Source: the human T2T-CHM13v2.0 reference genome, Homo sapiens. Taken from it: 64,000 bases of DNA. Under the pieces are notes generated by a model. That model ran no database searches, was not told the DNA's origin, and worked only from the letters and a program-made list of their open reading frames with translations. A program made the translations under genes and the position numbers. Within the stretch, counting starts at the first letter, position 1; every line of letters begins with the position of its first letter. This document shows, piece after piece, positions 55,195 through 64,000 of the stretch. The DNA lies in the NCBI RefSeq assembly GCF_009914755.1, contig NC_060931.1, one strand, 5' to 3'.

Positions 55195-55480
55195 TGAGAG
55201 ACTGATAGGAAGGTGGGGTCCAGGCCCCTGCCCTGGCCTCCAGGGTGGGCTTGTGGCAACGGCAGAAACCATCTGCGTGACTTGTGGGGTCTGAAGTCAC
55301 GGGAGGCGTCGGTGTCAGCCTGGTCTCTGGGAACAGGCACGTGCAACCCCGAGCTGTCCAGTTAGCCGTCTGGATGCTCCGAGGCCACCGTGCTGTGAAA
55401 CTATCGCACGTGGAGAAGCCCTGAGACCATGGGGAGAGAGAGAGATGCCCGCCTGCCCGCCACGGCTCCCAGGCAGAGCC
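55195..55480 (+). mobile_element. MaLR LTR fragment (MLT1H-like)
   Basis: CAGGGTGGGCTTGTG..GAGGCCACCGTGCTGTGA..GCCCTGAGACCATGGGGAGAGAGAGAGATGCCC. Confidence 0.55.
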
Positions 55481-56420
55481 TTGGCTCATTCTAATCTCTC
55501 TGCCTGGACCTCTCCTCCCCGCTGTCTCCACGCGGCCGGCCCCTTTGCATTCTTCACCTCTCTGCTCAGATGCCACCTCCCCTTCATATCACCCTCTGTG
55601 AGGGAAACGCCGGCCCCATGGTCCCCCACAACTCCCTCCCTCAATGTCCCGTTCATTCCCTCTTGTGGGGTGATGCTGGTCACAATTCACGCTCCCATAT
55701 TCACTTGCTGACTTGGGTATTGTCTGCTTCCCCAGCCAGAACATGGTTTCCCACACCTGCCTGGTTCTCTGTTGCTTGCCCGGGGTGCCTGGTACGCAGG
55801 ACACGCTCAGGATCATGGCCCACTGCCCCGCTGCCCGGACAGGTGCGTAGAGGGATGGTGGCCATTCCCCTCCGCCTCTGTTTCTGTTGAAGACTCTCCT
55901 ACCCAAGGTTTTACCCTTGAAGGAAATCTTTGCCACTTCGTTGGGCCAGTAAAATGTCATTTTTTTTTAAGTACTGGAGAGGAGGGTATGTTTTTCCTGT
56001 GTTCATCGTGGGTGTTCCTTTTTTCTCTTAGAAATTGCTTGGCCAGTCCTCTGCCCATGTTCCTGTCGGCCACAGTCCCCTTTCAACCCACCCTGCTGCC
56101 ACCCGGAAGGCCTGAACGCCAGCGCCCGTGATGACCTCGGTGCCTGCCCCTCACCTGGGGCCGCCCACCTGTCCCCACCCAGGCTGTGTCTTTGTGTCTC
56201 TCTATGTCTTTTTCAATCAATTTTGAACAACTTAAAAGCGAGGATTGATTGAATCTTCTACTCTCTTGTCCCTGCAACACCCAACATGGCAGCTTCATTC
56301 CGACAATATTGTGAGGACGATATAGAGGCTCAGTAAGCACTTGCTATTTGCTCGGTTGGTTGGTTAACTTCGTTTAGTTTCCCGTAGCTCTGGCCTCAGT
56401 TAGCAAAGTTAATGACATTA

Positions 56421-56816
<396 letters not shown>

Positions 56817-57009
56817 TTAAAAATATTAAAATACTGCAAGCCAAAGTTAACAGATAGCCAACCAACTGAGGAAGAGGTATTAGCAACTCATACGGTAGAC
56901 AAGATGCTACTTTCCCAAATACATTTAAAAAAACCCTCCTGAAAACAATGAGATAAAGACCAGCAAACTCATCAAAACATGAGTAAAGAACTTAAATGGG
57001 CAACTGGCT

Positions 57010-57304
<295 letters not shown>

Positions 57305-57734
57305 GCAACTGGCATTTTAACACATAGAAAGACACCCAACCACACTGGTAACAAGGAAACACAAATTGAAACTAAATGGAGGTTCCATTTTATGACGGGT
57401 CAGACTGGCAAAAAGCAAAATGCCAGGCAACCCTCAATGTTGACAGACTTGTGGGGAAGCAGGCGCTCTCGTACATAGCTGATGAAAGGACAAGTTAGCA
57501 CAACGTTTATGGCCACGAAGTTGGCAACATCAATAAAAATGTAAATGCATCTGCCCTTTGGCCCGGCAATTCTGCTTATCCTATAGATACCATTGCGCAC
57601 AGGTGAGGCCGTCTATGTGTGAAATTACTCACTGCAGCATTATTTACAATGGCCTAAAAGCCCGTTGATAAGAGGTTGTTATATAAATCATAATAGATCC
57701 ATAAAGTGAAACACAACTGTAAGAAAAACGAGGA

Positions 57735-57998
<264 letters not shown>

Positions 57999-59116
57999 AG
58001 GAGTCCACTTTTGGCTTCCATCAACCAGGTTGGAGAAAACAAATGACCACATGTGTCTCAATGTGTCAGAGAGTTACCAAGGCAGCCAGGACCTGAAGGC
58101 CCAAGACATTGTGGGGGAGGGAAACGCGTTGAGGTGACCCGAACTTCTGCACCCTTTGGGGCAACCGCAAACTCATAACTGGCATGAGCAGAGATGCTGA
58201 GAAGCTGAGCAGGGAGGTCTGCTGAGAATCCGAGAAGCTCAGAGGAGCTTTCAACACTGTCGTGCCAGCAGGAAGACGAGAATCAGAGTGCAGGACTGCT
58301 CACACAGCCAGGGCTTGGAGAGACAAGATCCCGGGGAGAGGAAAGGATCCCAACAGTCCAGGGTGTCTGTTTGCAAGCAGCACAGGGTGAGCGCAGAGGG
58401 GCTGAGCAGAGGCTGCTAGGAATCTAAGCAGAACTGCGGGAGCCCTGCAGTGCCGGAGAGGGAAAGACGGGCTCAGACCTGTCATGCCAGAGGATCCCTC
58501 GGAAGCACCTGAAGCTTTCATATGGACCCCTGAAGGACAACCTCTCCTCTCAACTCTAGATTTAAATCCAAGAGGTTTCTTGAGCTTGAAGTCCAGCAGG
58601 CATCTCAGCCAGGACATGCTCAGAACAAACTCCCCATTGTCCTCCCTGCACTGCCCTTCCCCACTCCCCACTGGGTCAGCGTGGCCTCATCCCTCTAGCT
58701 AGTTAGGCGAGACCCTGGGCTCAGCCCAGACTCTCCTTTCCTCTCATCCCCACGCTGAATCTGTCAGCAACTCTTGTTGGCTTCACCTTCAAAACATACC
58801 TGGAATCAGACCCCTTCTCCCCACTTCAGCACCATCCTTTGGCCCAAGCAACCATGTCCTCTCCCCCGTCCCCCGGCACTAGTACCCAAGCCACCATTTC
58901 CTTCTTTCTGCATTGGTATAATAGCTGTCCGGCTGGTATCTCAACATCCACTTGGTCCCGAGAGACACACCACCTGCAAAAGTAAAATCATTGTGCTGAC
59001 ACTGACAGCAAAGCCCAAAACCCTTAGAGTGACCCACAGGATCCAACCTTAGAGTGACCCACAAGATCCTATATTATATCCTCTCTCAACTGTTTTTAAT
59101 GAAACTTTTATTTTAG

Positions 59117-59378
<262 letters not shown>

Positions 59379-59899
59379 GATTTTATGTTTAGATTTACAG
59401 CAAACTTGTGGAGATAGCACAGACAGTTAGGTCTACCCTGCACCTGGCTTCCTCCATTCCTGGCATCCTACCCGAGGACAGGGCACTCGTCACATTAAGG
59501 ATGCAATACTGGCACACCAGCATTAACTAAACTAGACCTTTATTTGGATTTCATTACTTTTTCCCCACTGGGTTCCTTGCGATTTCCAAACCTGCCTGTG
59601 ACTGAACTATTGGTTAATGAAACTATTTATTTTTTAAAAGTATTTCTTAATCCCACCTGGCCCAGGAGTGGACACAAACCCGTGAGTCAGGTTCCGGGAC
59701 TCACAGGTCCCCATCTGAGACACATGACGTAGAGAGTGCCGGGGAGGTCAGGCCGCTGCCGCTGTGTGTTTCAGGGTTGGGGGCTGCCCTCCGGGGTGCC
59801 AGGAGCTCCTGTGTGTACACTGGGCAGGACAGAGGGCGGGTGGTGAGGTGCTGTGCCTGGGAGCTTGTCCAGGCCCGATGGCTTTTCTGCAGGCTGGCT

Positions 59900-61260
59900 G
59901 AGGAGCTAATTATCGAGGCGGCGGACCGAGGGTGTTTGCCTCTTGACCTTTTGTGATGCCGCCTGTCGAAGCACGCTTGGCCTCTTCCCAGGGGAAATGC
60001 TATCCGAAGTGCGAAGTTGCCCACCGCTGGGATAAGGGGAGAGGGCGCCGCAATCACCCAGCCCTGACCTGGAATGATCATTTCCTGGTGTGGTGTGGCC
60101 GTCCCGTGGATGCTGACAGCCCCAGGGGCAGGGGTGAGCGGGCTGGGGGCTCTGCCGGCAGGTGCCAGGGCAGGGGTGGGCGGGCTGGGCCCTCCCACCG
60201 GGCGCCGGGGTCTCCCTGGTCCACACACCCTCGCCTAGCCTCAGACCGCCAGGGCTGGAACTGTGCAGGCTGCGGACTCCAACAAGAACACCCAGTGGAG
60301 GGCCTGGGGAGAGGCTTGGAGGCGCTGAACCCAGTCCCGTGCCCCCACCCCAGGAGAGGGCTCCTTCGTCTCCACGTGGCCTCGGGCCCTGCAGGTCCCC
60401 CGAGGGCGCAGCCGCCAGCAGGGGGCGCCTTTCTCTAACCTCCCGGGGAAGCGCAGGTGCCGCCCGCACCTCAGACAGCGCTGCCGCCCGCGCCCGCCCT
60501 GCGCCGTTCCGTTTGCTCCGGTGTCCCCCAGCTTGGGAGCGGGGCCCCCCAGCCCTGGTTTGAGGCATGACGTTGGTAGGAAGAGCCCCTTCCGTGGAGC
60601 GCGGGGCCCGCCGGGGAGGCGGCCCTGGAGCCCCCTCCTCCCACCCGCCCAGGATTGACAGTCCCTGCCTCGGGCGCCCTCTGACCCCCGCGCTCACCGA
60701 GAGAGGACGAGGCCCCAGACAGGTTGGGCCGCGATGCAGGTGGCCCTGGGCTCAGGTCCCAGCACCGGGGTTCCTGCTGAACGAGCTCCGCCCTTGCCCA
60801 GGGAGGGGCCGGCGGGGGGGGACCCTGCGGAGGGCATTGTCCTGAGGGCACCACGGCCCGGCCGCCCCGCCCAGCGCCGCCTGCCCTCTGAAAGGCCTTT
60901 CATCCCGGAGCCGGCAGCGCCACTGGCCGCATCAAAGAGCGTCTATGGAAAGTCATATTTTTCCCCAAACCAGAAAAGTTCAGGCTGGGAGCACAGACAT
61001 TCAGCTCATTATTTAGAAATAACAAGTCCTCTGGGCCCTGGTATCAGATCAAAGCTCGGAAATTAAATTCTCCAGAAAAGGGGGCGGCCCGGGATCAGCA
61101 GATTTGTGTTTGCTTATTTTTTTTCATTCAGCAGCTAAAAAAAGGGACTCAAAATCTGCCTAGCGGTTTGGAAGTCTGGCCCGGGGTGTGTGAGCGGCGA
61201 GGAGAAGCGAGCTCCGGAGGCTTCTGGGCGTGGAGGCTGAAAATATTTGGTTGACATGAC
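59900..61260. promoter_or_regulatory. CpG-rich region with a consensus CTCF motif
   Basis: High CpG, densest at 60370-60930. CCAGCAGGGGGCGCC at 60415-60429. Confidence 0.7.
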
Positions 61261-61339
61261 AATGGGGACGGCCTGGCAGCTTGTCAAGCGCCGGGTCCAG
61301 GAATGTCCTTGTCCCGCCCCACCCCCCCAAGCCAGTTCA

Positions 61340-62920
61340 GACACAGGCACGCACATGCACGCAGAAACACACACACACACAAACGCGCACACATGCACAC
61401 ATGCACGCAGAAACACACACACACAAACGCGCACACATGCACACATGCACCCACATGCACGCAGAAACACACGCACAAACAAACGCGCACACATGCACAC
61501 ATGCATCCACATGCATGCAGAAACACGCACACACAAACGCGCACACAGGCACACATGCACCCACATGCACGCAGAAACACACACACAAACGTGCACACAT
61601 GCACACATGCACACATGCACCCACATGCACGCAGAAACACACAAACGCGCACACATGCACACATGCACCCACATGCACGCAGAAACACACGCACAAACGC
61701 ACACACATGCACACATGCATCCACATGCACGCAGAAACACGCACAAACAAACGCGCACACATGCACCCACATGCAAGCAGAAACACACGCACACACGCGC
61801 ACACATGCACACATGCACACATGCACCCACATGCACGCAGAAACACACACACACAAACGCGCACACATGCACCCACATGCATGCAGAAACACACACACAC
61901 AAACGTGCACACATGCACCTACATGCATGCAGAAACACGCACACACACAAACGTGCACACATGCACACATCCACCCACATGCACGCAGAAACACACACAC
62001 AAATGTGCACACATGCACACATGTACACATGTACCCACATGCACACAGAAACACACGTGCACACACAAACGTGCACACATGCACACGTGCACCCACATGC
62101 TTGCAGAGACACACACACAAAAGTGCACACACACACGTGCATCCACATACACACACAAACACATACAAAAGCTCATACATGCACACACAAACATGCACAC
62201 ACAAGCACACACACATATACACAAATGTGCATACATGCACAAACACACACGCACACGCAAACACATACAAACGTGCACACATGCACACGTCCACCCACAT
62301 GCACACAGAAACACACATGCAGGCACAGACGCATACACACACACACAAACACGCACATATGCACACATGTACCCACCTGCACACAAACACACACATACAT
62401 ACGTGCACACAAGCACACATGCACCCACATGCACACACACAAATGTGCACGCATGCACACATGTACCCACGTGCACACACAAACATACACACAAAAGCTC
62501 ATACATGCACACACATGCACACACAAGCACACACATATACACAAATGTGCATACATGCACACAGAAACACACACACAAACACATACAAACGTGCACACAT
62601 GCACACGTCCACCCACATGCACACAGAAACACACATGCAGGCACAAACGCATACACACACACCCACACACCCACATGCACACAGAAACATGCACACACAT
62701 AGGCACACATGCACCCACATGTAAGCAAAAACACACATGCAAAACCCATGCACATACACATAAGCACACAGAAACACACACACAAACACATGTGCACACA
62801 CAAGCACACATGCACCCACGTGCATGCAGAAACACACAGTCATACAAAGCACATGCCTATGCACGTGCACACACGCTCACTCACACAAACACAAACATGC
62901 ATACACACACGTGCCTGTGC
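61340..62920. repeat. Long CA-rich complex tandem repeat
   Basis: Units such as ACACATGCACCCACATGCACGCAGAAACACAC...AAACGCGC, with a higher-order duplication around 62165/62493. Confidence 0.95.
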
Positions 62921-63649
62921 ACAGATGCTCACCTGCCCAGGAGCTCACATCCCCAGGGCACACATATGCCATATTTACTCGTGTACACACAGGGACACTA
63001 CAGTGGTTAAAACCAGCTGGCACAAGAATCAGGAGTGTGGCTCTTTGCTCTTGCCCCAGGAGTCGGGGCCGGTTTGAAATTTGTGGCACACCAGAGGACC
63101 ACAGACCTGCTCTAGAGAGCGCAGGGGCCTTGCTGCCTCCAGATGTGGGCAGAGACGCCCTTGGCAGTGATACTGCCTCTTGCTGTTCCATCCTCATCCC
63201 CTCCAGAGGTCCCCAGGCCCTGGCTGCAGGTTTGCGTGGCCCACCAAGGGTCACAGGTGCACAGAAGGCACTGGGCACGGTGCAGTGGCCATCACATTCC
63301 CCTGGGGTGCCCTGGATGGGGCCACCTTTGTCCTCTCCAGCTGGGGCCATACTGGGATTATGGCAGAGGTGCCGGCAGGACAGGAATCTCTAAGAAGAAA
63401 AGACCACATAGCCTGTGTGGAGGGCAAGAGGGAAGGTGGGCCCCTCCTGGCCCCACTTCTGTGCCCCTAAGCATGCCCAGGTGAGCATCCTACACCTGGC
63501 CACTGGGGCACCTGACTCAGGTCCAAGCCGAGCACCATAGTCCCACTCACAGGGCACCAGGGTTGCCTCACTTATGGGCATATGGCCCAGTCTCAGCAAA
63601 TGAGATGGCAATGCTTTGGCTGCCCAGGCCCCAATCCTGAGCAGCATGG

Positions 63650-64000
63650 ACGGGGGGACACCCGGGCCCCTCCACCACCATGGGGACATCCAGGGCCTCT
63701 ACCACGATGAAGGAGGCCCATAGTGGTAGACAGTTCTCCACCACCCAGGCCCCTCTACCATCATGGGGGACATCCAGCCCTCTCCACCACCATGGGGATG
63801 TCCAGGCTTCCATCGTTCCCATGATGGGGAACATCCAAGCCCCTCATTATGGGGGACATCCAGGGCTTCTACCAGGATGATGGAGACCCAGGCCTCTCCA
63901 CCACCACGGAGGACGTCTGGGCCTCTCCCCCACCACGGGGACGTCCGGGCCTCTCCCCCACCACGGAGGACGTCCGGGCCTCTCCCCCACCACGGAGGAC
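63650..64000. repeat. GC-rich minisatellite, ~29-bp unit, runs off the window end
   Basis: ACGGAGGACGTCCGGGCCTCTCCCCCACC repeated, with more degenerate units upstream. Confidence 0.9.

Noticed and set aside
61135-63010. ORFs of 300-590 aa (His/Thr- or Cys/Val-rich), and likewise at 31871-32847 and 28248-28792
   Set aside because: Translations of CA/GT simple repeats that lack stop codons.

Overview
Primate, most likely human, genomic DNA: Alu-rich, GC-rich and VNTR-rich, consistent with the subtelomeric 7p22.3 region. It contains one supportable protein-coding gene, a three-exon forkhead-box gene I recognise as FOXL3 (CDS join 17757-17863, 18240-18408, 18650-19075; 233 aa) inside a CpG island. 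The protein has an intact recognition helix, a poly-Arg tract and a C-terminal eh1 (Groucho/TLE) motif. The rest is non-coding: about 20 Alus, old L1 fragments, nested ERV1 LTRs (MER57, MER4 with an inserted MER52, MER41A), MaLR, MER20, MIR, minisatellites and CA/GT-rich tracts. Two further CpG-rich patches each carry a consensus CTCF motif. I see no convincing new biological system. The most unusual signals are the little-studied FOXL3 gene with candidate enhancers, including a PBX-HOX/MEIS/TCF cluster, and repeated local templated copying: a ~94% identical inverted duplication 4.6 kb apart, split and inverted short copies, and many two-copy tandem duplications. Repeat subfamily names come from recalled consensus sequences and are not computed.
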